Assembly (NCBI GenBank): GCA_947628565.1
Contig: CANRAH010000002.1
Coordinates: forward strand, 29,525 to 93,524
Source: an uncultured Bacilli bacterium
GTDB lineage: Bacteria > Bacillota_I > Bacilli_A > RF39 > UBA660
Length of the DNA stretch: 64,000 nucleotides
Direction of reading: 5' to 3'
Both the position numbers and the translations under genes were made by a program. The number at the start of each line of letters is the position of its first letter. The stretch's first letter is position 1. Below the pieces are notes generated by a model that did no database searches, was not told the origin of the DNA, and worked only from the letters and a program-made list of their open reading frames with translations. This document shows, piece after piece, positions 9,063 through 17,131 of the stretch.

Positions 9063-9204
9063 GTTAATAATATAACATAATTAAGTAAAAATCTCAAATT
9101 ATCATCAATAAACTAAATTTAACAAACTGTAGAAATGACTACAATTTAAAACATAATCAAAATTCCTGATATTAACGTTCGAAACGGCATATTCATGGTT
9201 TCTT

Positions 9205-9756
9205 CTAATAAGAACTACAAGTCAAACTATTTATATAAAGATTAAATTCTTTAAAACTTATACCTACTTTAACATCATAAAACTCACTTACAGGTCTAGA
9301 TTTACCATTACTAAGTTTTATGTAGTAATCATTTATAGTTTTTATTGCTTCATCTAAAGTAGAATATTCATATATACCTATTTTTTCAAAATTAGGATGT
9401 TCTATATGATATACTTTACCATTTTCAAATACGAGTAAAAAGCAATGCATATGTTCCTCTTCATCTAAATTATTAAAATTCTCTCCTTCATATATTCTTG
9501 TCGCATACATTCTTGATTCTATTAAAGCTTTATCACACAAATATTTCATTAATGCTACTTGCTCTATACAAGTGCCTAACCCATTTTTTATAGTATCTTC
9601 TATACTCATTGTTTTATAAAGCTTCCTAAAATTTTTCATTGTATTTATATGCTTTTCACCATTTATATCAATCCATCCATATTTGATATTTTTAATCATA
9701 AATTCCAATACATCTTCTTTAGTTTTAATATTATTTATACTTGTTTTTGTATTCAT
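9205..9756 (-). CDS. Hypothetical protein, possibly with a transglutaminase-like cysteine peptidase fold
   Basis: About 183 aa. GLGTCIEQVALMKYL resembles the catalytic-Cys motif of transglutaminase-like proteins, and His residues follow later (EEEHMHCF, HIEHP). The ATG follows a GGAGG SD. It overlaps the ABC-F 3' end. Confidence 0.4.
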   Translation of the reverse strand: MNTKTSINNIKTKEDVLEFMIKNIKYGWIDINGEKHINTMKNFRKLYKTMSIEDTIKNGLGTCIEQVALMKYLCDKALIESRMYATRIYEGENFNNLDEEEHMHCFLLVFENGKVYHIEHPNFEKIGIYEYSTLDEAIKTINDYYIKLSNGKSRPVSEFYDVKVGISFKEFNLYINSLTCSSY

Positions 9757-11323
9757 CATATCCTCCAATATATTTATTTAATTTTTTATCTTTTAATTCT
9801 ACTATATTAGTAGCTATTTTATTTATAAAATATCTATCATGCGATACAAAAAGTATAGTTCCATTAAAATTAATTAAAGCATTTTCAAGTATTTCACGTG
9901 TATCAATATCTATATGATTAGTTGGTTCATCTAGTATTAAAAAATTATATTTATCTTGAGTTAAACAAAATAGTTTTAATCTTACCTTTTCTCCACCAGA
10001 TAAGTACTTAATTTTTTTATGTATATTTTCACCAACAAATAAAAATTTAAATAGGGCTGATCTTAGATATTCCTCTTCTCCAATAAAATATTTTCTAGCT
10101 TCTTCAAGGATACTTATATTATCATTTTCAAATATTATTTCTTGAGGTATATATCCTAATATTATATTGCTTCCAAGCTTAATACTAGGATTACCCTTTA
10201 ATATTTCTTTTATTAACGTTGATTTTCCTGTCCCATTATCACCAACTAAACAAACTTTTTCTTTATAGTATAAATCAAGGTTAGCATCATCAAATAAAAC
10301 TTTATTACCAAAACTTAAATTTAAACTATCTATTTTTAATACATCTTTACCTGTCCTTAAATCACTATTAAAATCTATATTAATAGTTTTTTTAGTTTCT
10401 GGCATATCCAATTTTTCTAGTTTTTCTAATCTTTTTTTTATGCTAGCTGCTCTTCTAAAAAATATCTCGCCTCCAGTTTCTCCACAAAGTTTGCCAAATT
10501 CTTGTAATTTTTTAATAGCCCTTTTCATAGCTTCTATTATCTTCTGTTGATCTTTATATTTTTTAAATTCTAGCATAATTCTATTTTCATTTTCTTTTAT
10601 AAAATATGTATAATTACCAAAGTATATTTCTAATCCTCTTTTAGTAAGTAATATTACTTTATTTACAACTTTATCTATAAAATATCTATCATGGGAAACC
10701 AAAATTATTGTGCCTTTATAACTTTTTAAATAATTTTCAAGCCACTCCATTCTTTTTATATCAAGATGATTAGTTGGTTCATCTAAAATAAGTACATCTG
10801 GTTCTATTAACAGTAATCTTATTAAAGAACATATAGTTTTCTCTCCTCCAGATAGTGTATTAAAATTTCTTTGTAACATTTGATCAGTTATATCAAAAGC
10901 AGATAAAACCTTACTTATTTTTGTTTCAAATTCATATCCACCAAGTCGAATAAATTCATCTTGTATTTGTGTATATTTATTAATTACTTTAATATCACTA
11001 CTTAAATTATTTTCTAATTTCTCTAATTTTTCTTTTAATTCCAATAAATTTTTAAATGTATCATAAATATATTCTTTAACTGTTTTATTTTCATCTACTG
11101 GTATTTGGCTTAAATATCCAATAGTAATATTCTTTCTAATTGATATATCTCCACTACTTGCGTTTTCTATGCCTACAATAAGTTTTAAAATCGTACTTTT
11201 ACCACTACCGTTTGAGCCAATCAAAGCTACTTTTTCACCTTTATTTATAGTTAAATCAATATTATTTAAAACTTTGTCAAATCCATAAGATTTACTTACT
11301 TTATTTAAATTTATATCTATCAT
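9731..11323 (-). CDS. ABC-F family ATPase preceded by a leader-peptide attenuator
   Basis: Walker A motifs GSNGSGKST and GDNGTGKST; signatures LSGGEKTIC and LSGGEKVRL. The start is most likely ATG 11323 (MIDINLNK). The ORF is open to 11341 but that stretch abuts the leader T-run. Confidence 0.9.
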   Translation of the reverse strand: MIDINLNKVSKSYGFDKVLNNIDLTINKGEKVALIGSNGSGKSTILKLIVGIENASSGDISIRKNITIGYLSQIPVDENKTVKEYIYDTFKNLLELKEKLEKLENNLSSDIKVINKYTQIQDEFIRLGGYEFETKISKVLSAFDITDQMLQRNFNTLSGGEKTICSLIRLLLIEPDVLILDEPTNHLDIKRMEWLENYLKSYKGTIILVSHDRYFIDKVVNKVILLTKRGLEIYFGNYTYFIKENENRIMLEFKKYKDQQKIIEAMKRAIKKLQEFGKLCGETGGEIFFRRAASIKKRLEKLEKLDMPETKKTINIDFNSDLRTGKDVLKIDSLNLSFGNKVLFDDANLDLYYKEKVCLVGDNGTGKSTLIKEILKGNPSIKLGSNIILGYIPQEIIFENDNISILEEARKYFIGEEEYLRSALFKFLFVGENIHKKIKYLSGGEKVRLKLFCLTQDKYNFLILDEPTNHIDIDTREILENALINFNGTILFVSHDRYFINKIATNIVELKDKKLNKYIGGYDEYKNKYK

Positions 11324-11339
11324 ATTATCACATCCCATC

Positions 11340-11373
11340 AAAAAAACTATACAAGTTTACACCTGTATAGTTT
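11340..11373 (-). terminator. Leader (attenuator) terminator immediately upstream of the ABC-F start
   Basis: On the minus strand, AAACTATACA-ggtgtaaact-TGTATAGTTT is followed by a run of 7 Ts that ends at the start-codon region. Confidence 0.65.
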
Positions 11374-11382
11374 AAAATCTAT

Positions 11383-11493
11383 TACAGATGTAGGCACGAT
11401 GAAAACTCACACCTACATCTTAAATTTTTTAGGATGTAAGTGTGATACTATTTGTATACATGATCTTCTTACCTACATAATTCATAGTATCAC
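11383..11493 (-). promoter_or_regulatory. Chain of mutually exclusive leader hairpins (attenuator control region)
   Basis: GTGATACTAT/ATAGTATCAC pair over 10 bp. CACACTTACATC/GATGTAGGTGTG pair over 12 bp. GATGTAGG/CCTACATC pair over 8 bp. TACATCTGTA/TACAGGTGTA pair over 10 bp, and this last pairing invades the terminator 5' arm. Confidence 0.6.
11429..11485 (-). CDS. Leader peptide uORF, 18 codons (MNYVGKKIMYTNSITLTS)
   Basis: The ATG lies about 10 nt after GAGG. The ORF spans the first two hairpin arms, and its stop codon lies 10 nt before the next arm. Confidence 0.5.
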   Translation of the reverse strand: MNYVGKKIMYTNSITLTS

Positions 11494-11506
11494 TTCCTCT
11501 ATCGAT

Positions 11507-11535
11507 AATATATTACAAAATTTAAAAATTGTCAA
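11507..11535 (-). promoter_or_regulatory. Sigma-A type promoter of the ABC-F leader
   Basis: On the minus strand: TTGACA-N17-TATATT. Confidence 0.55.
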
Positions 11536-11581
11536 TATTTTAACTATTTATCTTTTTTATTAATCATTTAATTTATAAATT

Positions 11582-12376
11582 TTATATTCTTGCACTCATC
11601 AAGTTTCCTGATGAATATCTTTTAAGTCCTCTATAAAATATATAAAAAGCTATTAAAACTACAAGTATTGTATACCCTATTACTATTAAAAAGTTAACTA
11701 TATTAAATGATTTAATAATATGTAATGGAATATATGATGAAAATCCTATAGGTAAAATTGTATAAAATAATATCTTGATTATACCCTTAAATATTCCATC
11801 TGGGTATGTATCAAAATTAAGCATCGTACTTGTAATTGAACTTGTAATAGTATCTGCTTTAGTTATGTAAAATGCAAGAGATGAAAATATTACTGCAATT
11901 GACGCAATTACTATTCCACCTGTTATTATAAATAATGTGAATAAAATAATATTTTTTATGTTTATTCCATATATGAAGATAAGTACATATCCATAAATTA
12001 AATCACCAAGTGCGGATACTTTGGTCTTTGATGATAATATACTTATAAGTACATTTTTTGGTTGAACTAAAAATGAATCGATTTTACCATCCATTATTAG
12101 TTTTGGCAAATCTTGAATTGCTCCAAAAAATATATAACATATTGCATACGTTCCACTTGCAATTGCCCAAAGAAGAATAATATCTTTAAAATTATATCCA
12201 CCTATATTATTTTTTAAACTATAAAATATAATCCACTCTACAATAAAAGAAGCATTATTTAAAATCATAAATATTATATTTGTTAAAAATGTTATTTTGT
12301 TAGTCATTTCACGAGCTAAATTGTATTTAACATTCAACAACATAAATTTTAATTCTTTTTTAATCTCCATTAACAT
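11582..12376 (-). CDS. ABC-2 type transporter permease (operon 1, second permease)
   Basis: 264 aa with about 6 predicted TM helices. It overlaps the upstream permease by 17 nt and is a paralog of 16357..17130. Confidence 0.75.
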   Translation of the reverse strand: MLMEIKKELKFMLLNVKYNLAREMTNKITFLTNIIFMILNNASFIVEWIIFYSLKNNIGGYNFKDIILLWAIASGTYAICYIFFGAIQDLPKLIMDGKIDSFLVQPKNVLISILSSKTKVSALGDLIYGYVLIFIYGINIKNIILFTLFIITGGIVIASIAVIFSSLAFYITKADTITSSITSTMLNFDTYPDGIFKGIIKILFYTILPIGFSSYIPLHIIKSFNIVNFLIVIGYTILVVLIAFYIFYRGLKRYSSGNLMSARI

Positions 12377-13148
12377 TTAATTTTTTCACTCCTTTTCTAT
12401 AAATCAAACTTAGTAAAATTATAACAAATATTAAATATAGTATTTGAGCCATTAATATTGTAAAAAATGAATTCATACTAAAATCGATAACTAACTTACT
12501 AGGTCCATAATTTACCACATATATTGGAGTAAATTTTAGTATTGGCTGTAAAAATTTTGGAAATAATTCAATTGGAAATACCGTTCCTATAACAAGTATT
12601 ATTTTATCATATAACCAATGAAAAGGAGCTGCATCTTCAACATAAAAAGATAGCATACTTATAATTATTCTAATACAAGCATTTATTATAAATGAAAGCA
12701 AAAATACAGGAATTAACATTAGTATATTTGACATATTAAAGTCAATTGGTCCAACAAATATTAATCCTACAGCTATAGCAAGTATTAAATAAAATAAGAA
12801 TTTAATTGTAATTTCACCAAAGTTTTTAACAATTACATAAATAGCATAACTATATGGTTTATTTAATGTATAAGCTATACTTCCACTTTTAATATCATCA
12901 GTTATCTGATTAATTAGAGTTTTATTGCGAGTTCCAAACCAAATCATTTCAGTTATTATTACATACCATATCATTTGACTTTTAGAAAATCCTTCAATCA
13001 AACTAGATGGATCATCATACATATAATTCCAAAGATTTAAAAATATAAAAATCATTACTACGAAAGATAAAAAACCTAATATTATATCTGATATATACTG
13101 TAATTCATTTATTAGCGTTACTTTATAAATATTTAAATATTTTTTCAT
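12360..13148 (-). CDS. ABC-2 type transporter permease (operon 1, first permease)
   Basis: 262 aa and polytopic. It overlaps the ATPase stop by 4 nt and is a paralog of 17132..17935. Confidence 0.75.
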   Translation of the reverse strand: MKKYLNIYKVTLINELQYISDIILGFLSFVVMIFIFLNLWNYMYDDPSSLIEGFSKSQMIWYVIITEMIWFGTRNKTLINQITDDIKSGSIAYTLNKPYSYAIYVIVKNFGEITIKFLFYLILAIAVGLIFVGPIDFNMSNILMLIPVFLLSFIINACIRIIISMLSFYVEDAAPFHWLYDKIILVIGTVFPIELFPKFLQPILKFTPIYVVNYGPSKLVIDFSMNSFFTILMAQILYLIFVIILLSLIYRKGVKKLNVNGD

Positions 13149-14131
13149 TTTTCTCCCTTATAAATACTTTTTATAATGTCTTCAAGAGGAACATTAGATA
13201 TATTTATATCTATAATATTGTTTGCATCTATCAATTTTAAAGCATCGCTAATACTGGTTTTCTTAGTATCTACTTCAAGTTTTAAATTATAACCTTTATC
13301 TTTCAAAATTGTAATTCCTTTAGAATCATCTAAATTAACTTTTTCTTTCATTTTTAATTCAATTATTTTTTTATTTAGATAATGATATTTTAAATTTTCC
13401 ATAGAATCATCTAGTACAATTTCACCTTTATTTACAATTATAACTCTTTTACAAAGTTTTTCTATATCACCAACATCATGACTTGTCAAAAATATAGTAG
13501 TTTTATATTCTTTATTCATTCTTTTTATAAGAGTTCTTATATTCTCTTTAACTATTGGATCAAGTCCTATTGTAGGTTCATCTAAAAAAAGTATCTTTGG
13601 ATCATGTATAAGCGAAGCTACTATTTCACATCTAATTCTTTGCCCTAGGCTCAAATTTCTAACTGGAGTATTTATAAATTCATCAAGTTCAAATATTTCT
13701 TTAAATTCTTTTATTTTTTTCTCTATTACACTATTTTCTAAATCATAAATAGAACCAAAAAATTTAAAATTATCATATGGTGTTAGATGAGTCCAAAGTT
13801 GCTCTTTTTGTCCGAAAACGCATCCAATTTCATATGCAAGTTTTTTACGCTTTTTATTAGGATTAATACCCATAACATTAATAGTTCCTGAATCGTTATA
13901 AAGTATTCCCGTAAGCATCTTTATTGTTGTTGATTTTCCTGCACCGTTTGGTCCTATAAAAGCAATTATTTGCCCTTTTTCTACGTCAAATGAAATATCT
14001 TTAACTGCTTCTATTTTTTTATATTTAGGTTTTATTAATGATTTTATACTTCCTATAAATCCTTTTTCTTTTTCTTTTACTTTAAAAGTTTTACATAAAT
14101 TTTTAACTTCTATAACATTCATTTTTATCAC
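13145..14131 (-). CDS. ABC transporter ATP-binding protein (operon 1)
   Basis: Walker A GPNGAGKSTT, signature LSLGQRIRC, Walker B ILFLDEPT. SD AAGGAG lies 8 nt upstream. Confidence 0.9.
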   Translation of the reverse strand: MIKMNVIEVKNLCKTFKVKEKEKGFIGSIKSLIKPKYKKIEAVKDISFDVEKGQIIAFIGPNGAGKSTTIKMLTGILYNDSGTINVMGINPNKKRKKLAYEIGCVFGQKEQLWTHLTPYDNFKFFGSIYDLENSVIEKKIKEFKEIFELDEFINTPVRNLSLGQRIRCEIVASLIHDPKILFLDEPTIGLDPIVKENIRTLIKRMNKEYKTTIFLTSHDVGDIEKLCKRVIIVNKGEIVLDDSMENLKYHYLNKKIIELKMKEKVNLDDSKGITILKDKGYNLKLEVDTKKTSISDALKLIDANNIIDINISNVPLEDIIKSIYKGEK

Positions 14132-14166
14132 TCCTTATTTTAAATAAATTTTCATACCCATAAAAT

Positions 14167-14249
14167 AAAACGACGAAAATCACTAAAATGTGACTCCGTC
14201 ATCGACGTGTAGGATTAGTTTCCCTATGTAGCTTCAATACATACTCACA
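14167..14249 (-). promoter_or_regulatory. Riboswitch-like element, copy 2 (aptamer 14189-14249 plus terminator 14167-14200)
   Basis: UGUGAG-[UAUGUA..UACAUA]-GGGAAACUAAUCCUACACGUCgauGACGGAGUCACA. The GACGGAGUCAC segment can alternatively pair with GUGAUUUUCGUC, which is followed by UUUU. Confidence 0.6.
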
Positions 14250-14280
14250 ACAAACTCTATTAGTAAACTACCATATATAC

Positions 14281-14367
14281 AAAAAATACGTAGTCTACCT
14301 AACAGTGACTCCGTATTTACGTGTAAGATTTCTCCCAGGGCAGCTCGTTACCTTATGCCCTCTCACT
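14281..14367 (-). promoter_or_regulatory. Riboswitch-like element, copy 1 (aptamer 14304-14367 plus terminator 14281-14318)
   Basis: AGUGAG-[AGGGCA..UGCCCU]-GGGAGAAAUCUUACACGUaaaUACGGAGUCACU. The AAAUACGGAGUC segment can alternatively pair with GACUACGUAUUU, which is followed by a U-run. Confidence 0.6.
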
Positions 14368-14374
14368 AATCTAT

Positions 14375-14402
14375 ATTATACATAGAAATATTTTTTTGTC
14401 AA
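14375..14402 (-). promoter_or_regulatory. Consensus sigma-A promoter driving the tandem RNA elements
   Basis: On the minus strand: TTGACA-N16-TATAAT. The -35 begins 8 nt after the helD stop. The predicted transcription start site (TSS) falls at the first base of copy 1 stem P1. Confidence 0.7.
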
Positions 14403-14409
14403 GTACACT

Positions 14410-16347
14410 TTAAAATTTTATTATCAATTTATGAAGCGCTCTTGTCATTGAAACATATAAAAGTTTCATATCAAGTATATTATTTTTATCATAACTATTT
14501 ATATTTGTTATAATTACAGAATCAAATTCTAAACCTTTAGACAAATAACTAGGTAATATATTTATACAATTATCAAAATTCATATTAAAGGAGTCAATCA
14601 AATTAACATTTATTTTATTTTTTATTTCATTATATATATCTTCACTTTCTTTTTTAGTATTAGTTATAATTGCAATACTCTTATATTCAGAAGATAAAGA
14701 TTTAAGTACATTTAATATAGATTCTTTAGTATATTCAACTTTACTACCATGTCTTATAACTGGTATCGCTAAATCAAGATTAAGTAATTCGTTAATTTTA
14801 TTTGCTTCATTCATAATTTCTATTGTGGTACGATAGCTTTTATTTAATTTAAGTATTTCATAATTGTTAAATACATTTTTTAATATATCCCAAGATTCTA
14901 TACTTCTATATGGATAAATACTTTGAGCTAAATCACCATATATACTAAATGTTGCATTTTTAAATAATTTCTTTAAAATATAAAAACTAAATATTCCATA
15001 ATCCTGTGCTTCATCTATTACAATATGTTTAAAATTATCATAAGTGTTTCCTGTTATTTTATATTTAATATACATAAGAGGATATATATCTTCATAATCT
15101 ATTTTATTTTGTTTTATATTCATAATATCAATATTATTATCAGTTAAAATATTTATATATATATCTTTTATACTTGCATTCAAAACTTTAAAATATTTTT
15201 TTAAATGCAAAATTGAATTATTTTTAAATTCGTCTATTATTTTTTTTTCTGTTTTGTTTTTAATTAACTTAGAAAGTATTTTATCATTATTATCTTGTAT
15301 ATATTTATCAAGCAAAAGAATTAATCTATCTATTTTACTTTTAACACTTTTATATATTTTTTTATCTATTTCATCATATATGTTTTTAATGACACTCAAA
15401 TTTAATATTTTTACACCCTTTATATTGAAATCATCTTTAGGTAATATTTCTAAATTTTTAAAATAATCATCAATTTTATTTTTAAGTGTCAAAGATGTTT
15501 TAAATTTCGATATTTCATCAATAGACTTTAATATATCTAATTTACTGTTTACATCATAAGTATCTTTTATATAATCATTAAATAGTTCTATTGGAGTATA
15601 CTCTTTTACCCCATTTACATCAAGATCTGGTAAAACACTTGATATATAATTTACAAAAAATTTATTTGGACCTATTACCATATAATCACTAGGTTTATAT
15701 AAAGTTCTATAATTGTATACTAAATACGCTATTCTATGAAGTGCGACCGTTGTTTTTCCACTACCTGCAACTCCTTGAACAATTATGTTTTTTGTAATTG
15801 TTTCTCTTATTATTTTATTTTGTTCACTTTGAATAGTTGATACTATATTTTTAAGTCTAGAATCAGCGCTTACACTTAGATATGGTTTTAATAATTCATC
15901 ATTTGACACTGTATCTACGTCATTAAAACTTATAAGTTTACTATCTTCAATTGTATATTGCCTTTTTAATAGTAGTTTACCATTTATTATTTCATCGTCT
16001 GTTTTATAACTTGCATCTCCCACATTTGAATCATAATAAAGACTTGATATTGGAGCTCTCCAATCAACTGTTATTATATTATTATCATAATCACTAACGC
16101 CAAGTCTTCCTATATAACATACATCTTTATTAGTGCTACTTTCAAAATCAACTCTAGCAAAATATGGACTTTTTTTAGCTTTTAAAACAGAATTTACAAG
16201 TCCTTCAAGTCTTATTTTTTCCTCCATCATTTCATCATAATTGTTTTTATATATACTTTTCAAATTACTAAGTTTTAATTTTGAATCATCTATAACTTCA
16301 TCATATTTATCTAACGTATACGATAAATGTTTTATCTCTTCATCCAT
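14410..16347 (-). CDS. helD: HelD-type (helicase IV-like) UvrD/Rep superfamily 1 ATPase, RNA polymerase-associated
   Basis: 645 aa. N-terminal CYIGRLGV...VDWRAPISSLYYD, Walker A GVAGSGKTTVALHRIAYL, IDEAQDY, and C-terminal LYVSMTRALHKL. The GGAGG SD overlaps the stop of the upstream permease. Confidence 0.8.
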   Translation of the reverse strand: MDEEIKHLSYTLDKYDEVIDDSKLKLSNLKSIYKNNYDEMMEEKIRLEGLVNSVLKAKKSPYFARVDFESSTNKDVCYIGRLGVSDYDNNIITVDWRAPISSLYYDSNVGDASYKTDDEIINGKLLLKRQYTIEDSKLISFNDVDTVSNDELLKPYLSVSADSRLKNIVSTIQSEQNKIIRETITKNIIVQGVAGSGKTTVALHRIAYLVYNYRTLYKPSDYMVIGPNKFFVNYISSVLPDLDVNGVKEYTPIELFNDYIKDTYDVNSKLDILKSIDEISKFKTSLTLKNKIDDYFKNLEILPKDDFNIKGVKILNLSVIKNIYDEIDKKIYKSVKSKIDRLILLLDKYIQDNNDKILSKLIKNKTEKKIIDEFKNNSILHLKKYFKVLNASIKDIYINILTDNNIDIMNIKQNKIDYEDIYPLMYIKYKITGNTYDNFKHIVIDEAQDYGIFSFYILKKLFKNATFSIYGDLAQSIYPYRSIESWDILKNVFNNYEILKLNKSYRTTIEIMNEANKINELLNLDLAIPVIRHGSKVEYTKESILNVLKSLSSEYKSIAIITNTKKESEDIYNEIKNKINVNLIDSFNMNFDNCINILPSYLSKGLEFDSVIITNINSYDKNNILDMKLLYVSMTRALHKLIIKF

Positions 16348-16356
16348 AAATACCTC

Positions 16357-17130
16357 CTAACTTCCTGTACTTGAATATTTTTTTATTCCTTTATAAAATA
16401 TAGCTATTGATGGTATTAAATAAATAACAGTTATTAAAGGAGAAATTATTAATAACTTATTATCAGATTTGCCTAGTAAATATAATAAAGGATAATAATT
16501 TACAAATCCAAAAGGAATAATAAACGTAAAGAATGTAACAAATCCTTTTTTAAATATTCCTATTGGATATTGAGCCATATGCTTAGATCCATCTGTTAAA
16601 ATATTTCTTACTTCCAAACCTTTAACCGTAAAAAAGCAATATGAAGCAGTTAAAATGAATATGGATAAAAATATTAATACAGAGCTTATAAGCATAAAAA
16701 TTAAAGTTATTATTTTATCAATACTAAAAGTTATATCTATATTTATTAAAGTAATTATAAGAACTATTATAGATTGAAGTAATCTAGATAATTTAATCAA
16801 ACTTATTTGTTCACAAAATGCTTGCATTAAAATATTTCTAGGACGTAGTAATAATCTATCAAAATTTCCATAAACTATTAAATCATCGAATTTATCTAGC
16901 CCTCTAAAAAATGTTTCACAAAACGCAAATCCAAATTGTATTATTCCAAATGTAAGTAATACTTCATAAACAGTAAATCCTTTTATATTTGAAAATTTTG
17001 AAAAAAGACTAATGATAGTAAAATAATATCCAAAAAACACAAAAAATTGCGATATAAAAGACATAATAAATGACATTTTATATTCAAGCTCACACTTAGT
17101 GTGAATTTTAAAATATTTAAAATATAACAT
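16357..17130 (-). CDS. ABC-2 type transporter permease (operon 2, second permease)
   Basis: 257 aa and polytopic. One nt separates it from the upstream permease. Confidence 0.75.
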   Translation of the reverse strand: MLYFKYFKIHTKCELEYKMSFIMSFISQFFVFFGYYFTIISLFSKFSNIKGFTVYEVLLTFGIIQFGFAFCETFFRGLDKFDDLIVYGNFDRLLLRPRNILMQAFCEQISLIKLSRLLQSIIVLIITLINIDITFSIDKIITLIFMLISSVLIFLSIFILTASYCFFTVKGLEVRNILTDGSKHMAQYPIGIFKKGFVTFFTFIIPFGFVNYYPLLYLLGKSDNKLLIISPLITVIYLIPSIAIFYKGIKKYSSTGS

Positions 17131-17131
17131 T

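Noticed and set aside
9731-11323. Calling this ABC-F outright an antibiotic-resistance (ARE) determinant.
   Set aside because: Only the attenuator architecture supports that call. The interdomain linker does not look extended, and no subfamily-diagnostic residues could be verified without an alignment. It is kept as a hypothesis in the findings.
14167-14402. Assigning the tandem elements to the glycine riboswitch (which is also typically tandem), to ykkC/guanidine-I (ACACGG-like string), or to ydaO/c-di-AMP (AAUCC and ACGGRG-like strings).
   Set aside because: The diagnostic cores are absent: CCGAAGG.GCAA for glycine; GGGUUCCG and GGUCCGAGAG for ykkC; the pseudo-symmetric GGGGA.CCA/CCCGAAUCC for ydaO. 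In addition, each copy here has its own terminator, unlike the cooperative glycine tandem.
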